A stretch of DNA of 64,000 bases, taken from positions 64,001 to 128,000 of IMG/VR virus record IMGVR_UViG_2907202186_000003. One strand, given 5' to 3'. This DNA is from a virus (lineage: Duplodnaviria > Caudoviricetes). A program made the translations under genes and the position numbers. The notes under the pieces are model-generated. The model was not told the DNA's origin. It saw only the letters and a list, made by a program, of their open reading frames with translations, and searched no databases. Of the stretch, positions 1-9,347 are shown piece after piece (the stretch's first letter is position 1; each line of letters begins with the position of its first letter).

Positions 1-259
1 TCTCTTTTGCTCTTTCTAAATTTGCTTTACTTGTGAGCTGCTTATTGATTTTTTTGAAATCTGCCCAGTTATTAACTGGCAAGAAATTAACTCCAGCGAT
101 TGCTTTGATACCTTTTTCAAAACCTAAGTAGAATGGTTTTTTCATCCGTGTTGCTTGTTTTGTTTTTCCTAAGTTATTACTTCCGTAAATAGTAATTGTC
201 TTTCCTTCAAGTCCATAAGAAACAACCGAAACCTGCGGATTAAAAATGTCAAATATCAT
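1..259 (-). CDS. yorG: AAA ATPase (YorG/Sak4-like), runs off the window edge
   Basis: Manual translation MIFDIFNPQVSVVSYGLEGKTITIYGSNNLGKTKQATRMKKP with Walker A GSNNLGKT; RBS GGGAGAG; closely resembles SPbeta YorG. Confidence 0.85.
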   Translation of the reverse strand, partial: MIFDIFNPQVSVVSYGLEGKTITIYGSNNLGKTKQATRMKKPFYLGFEKGIKAIAGVNFLPVNNWADFKKINKQLTSKANLERAKE

Positions 260-341
260 ATGTAAATATATCTCTCCCTATAATTGTTTTAGTTATGGTG
301 GCAGATATCATCTACCACCCTTTTTCACTTTAATTTTCTAA

Positions 342-1283
342 TTAATTTGCAAATGGGTCGAACGGGTCACCGCTATCTGTAAACGGATCTCCTCCACCGA
401 AACCGCCATTGCTAGATTGTTGTTGATTTTCTTTGGATTTCTTTTCCGCTTTTTTCTTCTCAATGGCCTCTTCACGCTTCTTAAGAGCCTGTTTAATTAG
501 AGTCGTATCGAAAGCATTTTTATCATCTTCATCCATTGGTGGAGTGCCACCTGTTACAATATATTCGCGTACAGATTTTCGATCAATTTGCTCCTGTGGT
601 TCACCGAATCCAACTTCAATTGTTTTTTTAGAAATAATGGTTTGATTGACAATGTCACCAAAGACCTTTACTGTTTGGCCTTTTTCGTATGTATTTTCAA
701 CATATTGAATGGAGTGTGGTTCTGCTACAATTACCTCAAATGGGAATATCTTCTTAGTGTCATCTTTTCCTTCTTGATAACCTGGAACATATCCTCTTAG
801 AATCAACCTTCCGGTTTCTTCTCCTCCGCGCTTTTCTTCGGATGTACCAGCAACAACCATTTCAAGAGTGAATTTAGCTTTAGGTTCAAATACATCATTT
901 TCTTTTACTCGGTTAATAAATGTTGTTGATAGCTGAGGGTACGACTTAAATTCTCCGTCTTGTCCAACATATTCGTTTTTGCCATTCTTACCATGATCAA
1001 TACGAACCTTATCGGCAGCTTCAATGCCGTCTCTGTCAATTGTTTTATATTCATCCCGAACGGTGCAGTAGCTTTTATAAAGTCCACTAATTTCACCCTT
1101 TTGGTTCATCTTATATGAAAACACATTTACCGTATAAACAAACTCTGGAGCTACTTGGATGTCGATTTCTCCACTGATTGCATCTTTTCCATTGATTTCT
1201 TTCTCTTCAATTCGAACATCTTTAACAGTTCCTTCAATAAATGCAACATTGATACCTTCACGAAGTGTTTTTTCAATAGTCAT
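342..1283 (-). CDS. yorF: YorF-like tandem OB-fold ssDNA-binding protein
   Basis: 313 aa; acidic/Gly C-terminal tail ending DPFDPFAN (SSB-like); upstream of yorG as in SPbeta. Confidence 0.75.
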   Translation of the reverse strand: MTIEKTLREGINVAFIEGTVKDVRIEEKEINGKDAISGEIDIQVAPEFVYTVNVFSYKMNQKGEISGLYKSYCTVRDEYKTIDRDGIEAADKVRIDHGKNGKNEYVGQDGEFKSYPQLSTTFINRVKENDVFEPKAKFTLEMVVAGTSEEKRGGEETGRLILRGYVPGYQEGKDDTKKIFPFEVIVAEPHSIQYVENTYEKGQTVKVFGDIVNQTIISKKTIEVGFGEPQEQIDRKSVREYIVTGGTPPMDEDDKNAFDTTLIKQALKKREEAIEKKKAEKKSKENQQQSSNGGFGGGDPFTDSGDPFDPFAN

Positions 1284-1398
1284 TAAATTTATTATCTCCC
1301 TTATTATATGTATTTTTTGTTTTAAACTAGACTTTAATTTAATTATAGTTTACAAGGTGGACTTCGCATTAAATAAGTACCTATGCTCTCACATCCTT

Positions 1399-2301
1399 TC
1401 AAAATCCATAATCTGTTACGGCCTGTACGTCATCCTCAAATGGTGAGCCATTGACAATTTGAGAAACCAAATCTTCTGGTTTGTATCTACCATTTTTAAT
1501 AGTTTTGTTTATGCCACCTGTTACCTCTAGTTCCTTAATCGCTGAACTAGTAACAACCTTTAATCCATTGACTATTGTTATTGGCACATAATTTCTAATG
1601 TTCCCATAAAGCCTAATAGTAGATCCTTTTTTCAGTTTCCTTAAATTTGATATCACATCTATATTATTAGTTCTGAAACTATAATCAATAATTTCTGGCC
1701 CATTATTGCTTCCCACTATAATTTTAGTGTTTATTATTGAATCCTCGACTCCAATGAATACAACTTCCTGATTGAAAAAGGCTTGAGGATCATTAATTTC
1801 GAACAGCTTGTCAGCTACCGAATAAATCTCTTTGATTATAAATCTCTCTTGAACGACTTGATTGTAATAGTTAAACTGCAGCAACCCTTTAATCAGAACT
1901 GTTTCTCCATCTGTTAGATGCTCTTTAAAATTATATATTGCGTCATACGATGTTAGTCTAACATCTTCTTCTCCGTCATCTTTTTTAACATTTGTTTTAA
2001 CACAATTTGGAAGTCTCAAACTACTATATTTTTGCTTATATATGTCATCCCATTTTACTAGTTCATATCTATCTATATCTTCTAGCCCATCAAATGAGTT
2101 ATTTTTGTACATCTTAATTGTGCCTGCCTTATTGCCCATTAACTCCACATAGACAAATGAATTCTCACTGGTCTTTACACCAAATTGCATTCGATTCCAC
2201 TCAAAATCATTCTTATTGCCTTCATCGAATGCCTTACTGTTTGTTAGCCCAGTAACCTTACCAATCAATTCAAAATATCCGTATGTAGGCTGCAAATTCA
2301 T
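1399..2301 (-). CDS. Second YorF-like OB-fold protein
   Basis: 300 aa; shares KGxTxxxxGxIxN and VTGG motifs and an acidic tail with 342..1283. Confidence 0.55.
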   Translation of the reverse strand: MNLQPTYGYFELIGKVTGLTNSKAFDEGNKNDFEWNRMQFGVKTSENSFVYVELMGNKAGTIKMYKNNSFDGLEDIDRYELVKWDDIYKQKYSSLRLPNCVKTNVKKDDGEEDVRLTSYDAIYNFKEHLTDGETVLIKGLLQFNYYNQVVQERFIIKEIYSVADKLFEINDPQAFFNQEVVFIGVEDSIINTKIIVGSNNGPEIIDYSFRTNNIDVISNLRKLKKGSTIRLYGNIRNYVPITIVNGLKVVTSSAIKELEVTGGINKTIKNGRYKPEDLVSQIVNGSPFEDDVQAVTDYGF

Positions 2302-2366
2302 TTAGTATTCCTGCCTCTATGTATTATTCCTGCTTCATACATATCATTTGGTGAAGCTCTAACCAT
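2298..2366 (-). CDS. 22-aa small ORF MVRASPNDMYEAGIIHRGRNTK
   Basis: RBS GAGGGAG; stop overlaps the next start (ATGA). Confidence 0.45.
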   Translation of the reverse strand: MVRASPNDMYEAGIIHRGRNTK

Positions 2367-2430
2367 TATTCAATCTCCCTCTTTCTTGATGAAATTATTA
2401 TTTTAAAGTGTCTACTAGGTGTCTGAAATC

Positions 2431-2459
2431 AATATAATCCCAATCATTTATTATGTCAA
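2431..2459 (-). promoter_or_regulatory. sigmaA-type promoter
   Basis: TTGACA-17-TATATT with AT-rich UP element. Confidence 0.65.
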
Positions 2460-2520
2460 TGATATTTTTATTTTTATTTTATTATTAATATAGGAGCCGA
2501 ACTCTCGCCCGGCATATGAT

Positions 2521-2946
2521 TTATGCGTACAAAGCTAATTCATTAAATCTAATAAATTGCCCCCGCTTCTTATGTATATTATAAATGTGCTGCGGATCTT
2601 CGCATCTTAGGTTTTTCAGATTAAAATCGCTTATAGGCTCTTGCAGAAGCCTTTCCAGGGCTACCATTTTGTTTAAATGAAACGCTGTCTCAAATTCCCT
2701 TGCTGATTGATATCCTTCTTCTAAAATCTTTTTCTTTCTAAGTTTAATTAAGTACCGATTTATATATTGAACATCCCTTTCTCTGCAATCATTTATAAAC
2801 TCATCTTGCTCTTGGAGTGTTACGCACAGAAAAGATATAGTTTTCAACAGATTAATTGCCTCGCCGCCGATACCTAAAGTTATCATGATTTCTTCTAGCA
2901 TAGAGCATTCTCCTTTTGAAGTTATGTTTCTGGTGATAGACCTCAC
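2521..2946 (-). CDS. Hypothetical protein
   Basis: ORF track; likely starts at MLEEIM after AAGGAG. Confidence 0.6.
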   Translation of the reverse strand: MRSITRNITSKGECSMLEEIMITLGIGGEAINLLKTISFLCVTLQEQDEFINDCRERDVQYINRYLIKLRKKKILEEGYQSAREFETAFHLNKMVALERLLQEPISDFNLKNLRCEDPQHIYNIHKKRGQFIRFNELALYA

Positions 2947-3100
2947 CTTCTTGTTTGAGATAATAAATCTTAATATAATTATAAATCACAGCTAGAATTA
3001 GGCAATCAAATTACATAACTGATGAATAATTGTTGACATCATAGGTAAGCTGGTAATCTCAGTCATTTTTTGTCGCCAAATGTCGAATCACAACTTATTA

Positions 3101-3114
3101 GGAACATTTGTTCT
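3101..3114 (-). promoter_or_regulatory. LexA (Cheo) SOS box near +1 of a TTGATT-17-TATAAT promoter
   Basis: AGAACAAATGTTCC fits the GAACRNRYGTTC core. Confidence 0.7.
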
Positions 3115-3204
3115 GTTATGATTATACTATTGCCAAAAGGTATAATCAATTACTTTTATTTATTATTTATATCTCTATATTTATTTTAATTGGGTGAAGT
3201 GATA

Positions 3205-3591
3205 CTACTTTTGTCGTAACAAAAGAATACACTTCTTCACTTGCTCCAGTCTTGATGCAGCTATTGTAATAAAACGGCTTTTCATCTCATCTATATAGAG
3301 ATACATATTTTTCTCATCTATAGCTTTAACCTTATTCAAATTCGCCATTGCACCTCTATCGGTTCTAACAAACCCGTCTATCTTTTCAAACAGTTTAAGA
3401 GTATGTTCGACTCCATTTGCATCTATGTATTCACCATCTAAGGTCTGAAAAACAAAAATAGATTTTCCTGGTTTACCTTCAGAGTAACCTCCAACAATAT
3501 CGTTGACACTGAGCCAAATTGCTTCTTCTGAAACCTTTTTTCCTTCTCTTTTCACTACTCTGATTTCCTTGCTCACTTTTGTTGCCCCCAA
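3205..3591 (-). CDS. Stand-alone LytTR DNA-binding regulator (no receiver domain)
   Basis: FVRTDRGAMANLNKVKAID matches the LytTR FxRxHRSxxVNxxxI motif; last gene of the agr-like operon. Confidence 0.75.
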   Translation of the reverse strand: MGATKVSKEIRVVKREGKKVSEEAIWLSVNDIVGGYSEGKPGKSIFVFQTLDGEYIDANGVEHTLKLFEKIDGFVRTDRGAMANLNKVKAIDEKNMYLYIDEMKSRFITIAASRLEQVKKCILLLRQK

Positions 3592-3600
3592 TTTAACATT

Positions 3601-3639
3601 TACTTGCGTCTATTTTCTTTTGGTTAAAAGACGCAAGTA
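3601..3639. repeat. 11-bp inverted repeat between agrD and the LytTR gene
   Basis: TACTTGCGTCT-17-AGACGCAAGTA. Confidence 0.75.
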
Positions 3640-3653
3640 CATATTATTTTGTT

Positions 3654-3779
3654 TTATTTAAGTTCTTCTGGCACTTCTTCGGTGCCCAGAATTGTCCAAC
3701 TTGCGGTACTTGTAACAGTTACCGCAATAGCGGAAAGAATTGTTCCAAACATCAGTGCCAGTTTATTCATCTTTTGCAT
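3654..3779 (-). CDS. agrD: AgrD-like cyclic lactone autoinducer propeptide (41 aa, missing from the ORF track)
   Basis: MQKMNKLALMFGTILSAIAVTVTSTASWTILGTEEVPEELK; RBS AAGGAGGTGA; hydrophobic leader, AS-x4 core and EEVPEEL tail; overlaps the end of agrB. Confidence 0.88.
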   Translation of the reverse strand: MQKMNKLALMFGTILSAIAVTVTSTASWTILGTEEVPEELK

Positions 3780-4317
3780 TTCTCATCACCTCCTTTTCAG
3801 AATATACAATTCTAATTAGGGAAAGCGACTGAAGAAAAAAGGCCAGTGTTAAGATGTTGCTGTGTACAATGAAATTTCCTGCAATAATCATTAATGAAAC
3901 TATCTTTAGATATATAAAATTCTCTTCTTTTATTCTAGTTTGCTTCTTAATATTTGAAGGAGCAAATATCACTACAAGAACAAGACTTGCAATATCTATA
4001 ATTGTTTTGATGTTTTGTATTAACGGGCTCACCATTACGATTGTATACACTAGAACAACTGAAACAACTATGCAGACTTCAGCTGATTTAATATGATATC
4101 CGCCAGAAAACATTCTAAGTATGCTAAACCCTAATAATGCAATCATTACTTCTGGAAATATTCGCAATAACATTGAACTAACAATTAAAACTAATATCGG
4201 TGTAATATTAGATATTAGAAACTTAATTGAATATCTAACTATAGACACTGATGGCAATTCATTTGGATATCTCTTTTTTAGATAAACACTCAGTTTGTCG
4301 CTTATATCATTAATCAA
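3763..4317 (-). CDS. agrB: AgrB accessory gene regulator (AIP-processing peptidase/cyclase)
   Basis: LRMFSGGYH...C catalytic motif, FAPS motif, multiple TM segments. Confidence 0.92.
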   Translation of the reverse strand: MINDISDKLSVYLKKRYPNELPSVSIVRYSIKFLISNITPILVLIVSSMLLRIFPEVMIALLGFSILRMFSGGYHIKSAEVCIVVSVVLVYTIVMVSPLIQNIKTIIDIASLVLVVIFAPSNIKKQTRIKEENFIYLKIVSLMIIAGNFIVHSNILTLAFFLQSLSLIRIVYSEKEVMRNAKDE

Positions 4318-4960
4318 TTTCGCCCCTCATTTCTTTTTTGACTTCCATAAACAATAGATTAATTAAACAAATTAACCAAAACAACAATCCAGTGTAAATG
4401 TTATCTATCGATGAAGCTTTACTAATTACGAAAATTCCCAGTATCGTTGCAATAAATATCAGCATATTGGGTCGACTTGGCTTAAATTTAAATGAATAGG
4501 AATAGGGTAGATTAGTCATCCAGATTCTTTTCTTTCTCAGAAATAAACTTAATGCAATCGTCCCAATATCACCAATCACTTGTACAGGATATTTTATGTA
4601 ATCATTACTTTTGAGTTCATTAAGATTAATATTTAACGCTAGACATGAAACTGAAATAACTAAACCCAATATTAATGTTTGTGCTAAAAATCCTAATCCA
4701 GCAATTCTAAAGGAAGAAAACAGCGAAATCCTAAAAAAGAACAGTAAGGCCGCCATAAATATTATTAGGTTTAATAGAGGTGAGAGATTGGATAATATAA
4801 TGTTTTCTGAATAAAAGTATGTTCCAATTGATATTACTATATTCGTTATTATAATTTCTTTCCAATAATCAACTATCTTTATTCTAAAGAAGCCAAAAGC
4901 AAAGAAGAAAATTGCCATTCCATCGATCATCGAAAAGAGTATGTATACTAGCGCATTCAT
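4310..4960 (-). CDS. About 6-TM membrane protein resembling an AgrC sensor domain, with no kinase domain
   Basis: 216 aa, entirely hydrophobic helices; overlaps agrB; no HisKA or HATPase region. Confidence 0.65.
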   Translation of the reverse strand: MNALVYILFSMIDGMAIFFFAFGFFRIKIVDYWKEIIITNIVISIGTYFYSENIILSNLSPLLNLIIFMAALLFFFRISLFSSFRIAGLGFLAQTLILGLVISVSCLALNINLNELKSNDYIKYPVQVIGDIGTIALSLFLRKKRIWMTNLPYSYSFKFKPSRPNMLIFIATILGIFVISKASSIDNIYTGLLFWLICLINLLFMEVKKEMRGEID

Positions 4961-5003
4961 TGTTTACCCACCTTTAAAGTAAATATATTAATAACTTGTT
5001 TAT

Positions 5004-5032
5004 AATATATCATGGGCTATTTTTACTGTCAA
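5004..5032 (-). promoter_or_regulatory. sigmaA promoter of the agr-like operon
   Basis: TTGACA-17-TATATT with extended TG. Confidence 0.7.
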
Positions 5033-5068
5033 TATATAAAACAAAAAAAGATAGAATAAGTTATGCAC

Positions 5069-6076
5069 TTATTCTATCTCGTAAACTTTTTTTATTGTTT
5101 CTTCATTGAGAAAATCCTTCGTGTACCTACTATATGCATAAAACTCATCCGCATGTGTTTGTTTTCCAATATTATAGTACTCACAAATGGTTATTATCTC
5201 ATCTCTTCCGAGTGAGCCTTTGGATTCATATAATTCTTTTGCCATATATAACATTCCAGAATTTCTAATATTGATTGCGCTGAGATGTTTTAGCCCTTTC
5301 CATACACCAATATTCTTTAATCTTCTCAATACCAGATGCTTATCTGCTTTCTCGTTTGCTGTAGCCCTACGCTTAACGGATCTAATAATATATGGGCTAT
5401 CAGCTAACTCCACTACAGGACTTTTAGCGGTACTATGTCCATTGTCTTGACTATAGTCTTTTTGCTCTGCAGCTCTTATTAATAATGCCATCAGATGTTC
5501 AGATATTTTAATAGTTCTTTTCTCTATTTCACCATTTTTCAATTCATTCTTAAGCGTAGCTGTACTCTCGTCAATATTCAAATCATTAATTGTTAAGTTT
5601 AATAATTCGCTATACTCTCTTCCGAATATTCCCTCAAATAAAGCTAAAGGGATAACTGAATCTTGCCAATTCTCTAAATCACCAATTATATCTTTTAGTT
5701 CTTCATTAGTAATCAATAATTTATTAGTCTTATCTACAAATTTCAAATAAAAACCCGAACTTCCCATGATATCTAGAGGATTTAAATTATCATCTCTGAG
5801 ATCCTGGCTTATAGCCCATCTAATGTAGTTTTGAATAATTGATCCACTGCCATTGGCAGATTGCAATGTTTTAGGAGCAAGATAACTCAATAGATCTTCT
5901 ATTTCAAACAAACTAAAGTTATACAAATCCTTACCTAGTCTTTCTTCAAGCTTGCTGGCTCTTTTGAGTACACGTAGGTATGTTGTATACGTGTTTTCAT
6001 TAAGTCCTTTTAAGAACCTTGTTTTTTGTTCTTCGTTATAGAGATAATCATTGTAAACTACATTAGACAAATCCAC
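5069..6076 (-). CDS. yopR: MrpR/YopR(SroF)-like master repressor, degenerate tyrosine-recombinase fold
   Basis: YNEEQKTRFL, KDLYNFS, LFEG..G..YSEL, IRNSG; HxxR degenerate; follows the yopQ-like gene. Confidence 0.8.
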   Translation of the reverse strand: MDLSNVVYNDYLYNEEQKTRFLKGLNENTYTTYLRVLKRASKLEERLGKDLYNFSLFEIEDLLSYLAPKTLQSANGSGSIIQNYIRWAISQDLRDDNLNPLDIMGSSGFYLKFVDKTNKLLITNEELKDIIGDLENWQDSVIPLALFEGIFGREYSELLNLTINDLNIDESTATLKNELKNGEIEKRTIKISEHLMALLIRAAEQKDYSQDNGHSTAKSPVVELADSPYIIRSVKRRATANEKADKHLVLRRLKNIGVWKGLKHLSAINIRNSGMLYMAKELYESKGSLGRDEIITICEYYNIGKQTHADEFYAYSRYTKDFLNEETIKKVYEIE

Positions 6077-6105
6077 TCACCCCATCTAGTTAAATCTAAT
6101 AAAAA

Positions 6106-7422
6106 CTAATTTCTAAAGTAATTAATTACTTGATTTCTAACTCGATTTGAATTAATTCCACTTTTGTTATTTAAAAGCTCAATCAATTTGCTATCGTTAA
6201 AATCAACTAGCTTCTTTAGATTTTTTATCTCTGACGTATCTGTGCTAGTGTCTTTAAAGTTCTTCGCTATTTGAATATAACCTAAAAACATTAAAGGATG
6301 GTTAATATAAGATTTTCGATGCGGTTTTGGATTATTAATAAACTCATCATTGAAGTTACCAGTTAAATAATTAAAGAATTCAGTTAAATAATTAGCTACT
6401 TCTTTATATTCTAAAAAATTATTTGGTGAGAAAACTTTTTCAATTCCATACGCCATTATATCAAAAGTAGTCAATTGTCCAGCAATTTCACTAATATTAG
6501 CAGCTGAAGCAATTTTGTTACCTTTCAATTCTGATTTTTGTTGTAAATCTCTTACTACAGCATCTGACCAATTTTCTGATTTAAGTTCACGCAATCTCTG
6601 CTTTTTAACAACATTAATTGTATTTATCTGTCCAAAGTACTTCTTTGCGATATCAGTATCATATGACCTTATAGATAGAAGCAGTTCAAGATCTAAGTCA
6701 GGGTTAATTGCAAGTGCTTTTACAGCGCCCTGGAGACGATGAAATCCATCAAGAATAGAAACTGTTGCTCCATCATTTATCGTTAGCAATTTATTCTTTT
6801 CGTCATAGCTGAGCGGTTCAACTTCATTAGAGTAGACATTTATTGTAATCATATCAGGTAAATAAGATTGTTCTAGCATGTTCTTTGCTATATCATCAAC
6901 GCTTTTCTTGTTTACGTCAGGAACTGGTACAACGCCATTCTTCCCCATCTTATATTTAGCACTACGTTGAGTTTCATAATCATATACGATAAGCTTAGCA
7001 TGAAACATCTCTACAAGTAATTTTATACTTACTTTAGTTAAAAATGTTTGATGATCTATACTCACTACTTCCTCTAAATCTAGTGGTAAATTAAGTGACT
7101 TTCGCACAGAATTATCTCTTACTTTTTCTTTAGATTTTTCTAGTTCCGTTTCAGAAACATATTCTTGTGTAATTATTCTTTTGTCCTCAGTTACTTTATA
7201 GACTGCATCAGAAAGCACGATAAGTAAGTTTAAATCAATGTCAGATAATGAATTATTTCCTCTCGCAACATCATTAAAAAAACCAAGATTAATTCCTTGC
7301 TGATCGAGAGAATTATTTATCTTCGCGGCGAATTTCGTACTATGTTTATTCTCATCAATAACATCTCTGAGTTGAGCTTCAAGTTCCTCTCTGTCTCGTT
7401 TCAAATGCTCACACCTCTCCAC
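6106..7422 (-). CDS. yopQ: YopQ(SroE)-like DGQHR/DndB (ParB-like) protein
   Basis: ILDGFHRL motif, YDYETQR; synteny with yopR. Confidence 0.75.
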   Translation of the reverse strand: MERCEHLKRDREELEAQLRDVIDENKHSTKFAAKINNSLDQQGINLGFFNDVARGNNSLSDIDLNLLIVLSDAVYKVTEDKRIITQEYVSETELEKSKEKVRDNSVRKSLNLPLDLEEVVSIDHQTFLTKVSIKLLVEMFHAKLIVYDYETQRSAKYKMGKNGVVPVPDVNKKSVDDIAKNMLEQSYLPDMITINVYSNEVEPLSYDEKNKLLTINDGATVSILDGFHRLQGAVKALAINPDLDLELLLSIRSYDTDIAKKYFGQINTINVVKKQRLRELKSENWSDAVVRDLQQKSELKGNKIASAANISEIAGQLTTFDIMAYGIEKVFSPNNFLEYKEVANYLTEFFNYLTGNFNDEFINNPKPHRKSYINHPLMFLGYIQIAKNFKDTSTDTSEIKNLKKLVDFNDSKLIELLNNKSGINSNRVRNQVINYFRN

Positions 7423-7504
7423 TATGTACTACTAATAAGTATAACATATTTATAATTCTTAATACACATAGGACCAAAAAAATCCAGCTTGAAGTGTGTT
7501 GATC

Positions 7505-8011
7505 TTATTTTAAGTTATTATTATTCAATATTTTACGATCAATAAAATACTTATTAGTTAAATAAAGCGCCTCTCCTTTGTCTGTAGGCACCTTTCCTTT
7601 ATTTTTATCTAAAAATACTATTTCATTACATTTAGAACAGTACCATTTTGTCACATAGTGTTGAGAGGTAGTTGTGTATGTAGTTCCACATTTACAATCT
7701 ACTTTTATTGCGATTTCGTTCGATTTATATGCTTCGGACAATGTCTCAAGGTGCTCCAACTTCTTGCTCGTCTCTTTTTGATTTTGCTGCCCACTTTTTT
7801 CGTTATGTACTTTAAAATCTGCAACTAAACTTGGATTCAATCCAAAAAATTCATTTCCAATCGAAGTGACAAACCTTATGTTAATTTTAAAACATTCTAT
7901 CCAGCGAGATATTTGATTATTAGACAGAGGAACTGTTCCTTTGATTCCGCTATTTAATGTATAAGTCATAATAAATAATTTATCATCCTCGATGCGATTA
8001 GTAGTCTCCAC
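7505..8011 (-). CDS. Hypothetical protein with C-terminal Zn ribbon
   Basis: CKCG...CSKC. Confidence 0.65.
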   Translation of the reverse strand: METTNRIEDDKLFIMTYTLNSGIKGTVPLSNNQISRWIECFKINIRFVTSIGNEFFGLNPSLVADFKVHNEKSGQQNQKETSKKLEHLETLSEAYKSNEIAIKVDCKCGTTYTTTSQHYVTKWYCSKCNEIVFLDKNKGKVPTDKGEALYLTNKYFIDRKILNNNNLK

Positions 8012-8132
8012 ATTTCATCTCCTTTAAATAAATTTACAATAAAAAATAGACCTTTGTATATCCTACAAAGATCATACCTCATGTTTCGTATTTAAACAGG
8101 ATCAACTTTGATGAAATGCCAATTTCAACTAA

Positions 8133-8315
8133 TCAAACTTCTCTGCGTTTAATCTCTCGATTTGTGACAGTATCAAATATTCGATGACCAATTGATAAAA
8201 AATTCATCAATGGACCTAATTGGTTACTTGATACAGAGGTGTTTATCCATACTTCGAGTTTAGTTTTCTCGTCTTTTTCAATTAATTTTTGCAATAAGTA
8301 TCTTTTATTATTCAT
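8133..8315 (-). CDS. Hypothetical protein
   Basis: 60-aa ORF with RBS GAGG. Confidence 0.6.
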   Translation of the reverse strand: MNNKRYLLQKLIEKDEKTKLEVWINTSVSSNQLGPLMNFLSIGHRIFDTVTNREIKRREV

Positions 8316-8426
8316 TGTGACTTTACCTCGCTGTATAAATATTTCAATTTATAATATTATCTGTTAGAATAAACTGGAATAAGCTCCCGCCTTTAATTTA
8401 GGGGAGCTATTTTGTCATGTTTACTT

Positions 8427-8481
8427 TTTGTTACGTTTTTCGTAACAAATTCAATATAAACTTATTTATTTACATTGTCAA
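8427..8481 (-). promoter_or_regulatory. sigmaA promoter with palindromic operator, divergent from the HTH gene
   Basis: TTGACA-17-TATATT (8481-8453); TTTGTTACG-5-CGTAACAAA at 8427-8449. Confidence 0.65.
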
Positions 8482-8511
8482 CCGTTTTTAGTATTCATAT
8501 GGGGGAAATAC

Positions 8512-8718
8512 ATGTCATACTTATTTATCAATCTTCAATACATATTAGATAAGAAGAATATTAGTGCCAGAGAGCTGGCTAAAAGAACTGGTATTCGTCA
8601 TCCTACAATTTCTGAAATGTGCAACAATAGTTCAAAGCATCTGCCACTAAAAAATATAGCGTTAATTTGTGATGAGTTAGAAATCGATGTCTCCGACTTA
8701 CTCATTCTAAAGAAGTAA
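8512..8718 (+). CDS. Cro/C1-type (XRE) HTH regulator
   Basis: ISARELAKRTGIRHPTISEMCNN HTH. Confidence 0.88.
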   Translation: MSYLFINLQYILDKKNISARELAKRTGIRHPTISEMCNNSSKHLPLKNIALICDELEIDVSDLLILKK

Positions 8719-8815
8719 ATAATAAAAGCTCCAGATCTAATTAGACTGGAGCTTACAATAAATAAATCTTCATAAACATACCTCCGATTTATTTATATTC
8801 ACCTCTACTTGTCGT

Positions 8816-9232
8816 CTATCTACTAAACATCCGAGTTGTACTAATTTCCAAAGCTCTCAACAATTGATTTTCGTACTTATGTGGCATTTCAAATAGTTTA
8901 TACATCAATTTGCTTTTTTTATCGATCGTAAAGTGCTGTTCAAACAAAATAACGCTGTCCTTCTTAAATCCTGCATCTGAGGCATTAACGGTAACATGAG
9001 TAGGTATCCTTGCTTTTGTGGAACTGCTTGTTATAGGAGAAACCATTACCAATGGAGAATATCTATTGTTTTTATCATTTGAAATAATAAGTACTGGCCG
9101 CACACCTCCTTGTACAGATGATTTCTCAGGAATCTCTCCCAAATCAGCCAACCAGATTTCAAATTGCTTTACTTCTTCATTATGTACTGTGTTATTCATT
9201 GCTACTGCCATTTTATTAACACTCCTATTCAA
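8816..9232 (-). CDS. mazF: MazF/PemK-family endoribonuclease (orphan)
   Basis: EIWLADLG...QGGVRPVLIISND..N..SP....PITS...IPTHV, NdoA-like; catalytic Arg and Thr present. Confidence 0.9.
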   Translation of the reverse strand: MNRSVNKMAVAMNNTVHNEEVKQFEIWLADLGEIPEKSSVQGGVRPVLIISNDKNNRYSPLVMVSPITSSSTKARIPTHVTVNASDAGFKKDSVILFEQHFTIDKKSKLMYKLFEMPHKYENQLLRALEISTTRMFSR

Positions 9233-9347
9233 TTTTATGTGACACTAAGTAATTGATTCTCCATCTAATATCATTCTATGTTCATTTCTTTATTATTATT
9301 ATCTTTATGTTTATAATTATACCTAAAAAGCCCTCGCCTTACAATAA

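Noticed and set aside
5069-6076. Prophage integrase with an att site
   Set aside because: Catalytic residues are degenerate, it matches the MrpR-type repressor, and no host-phage junction is nearby.
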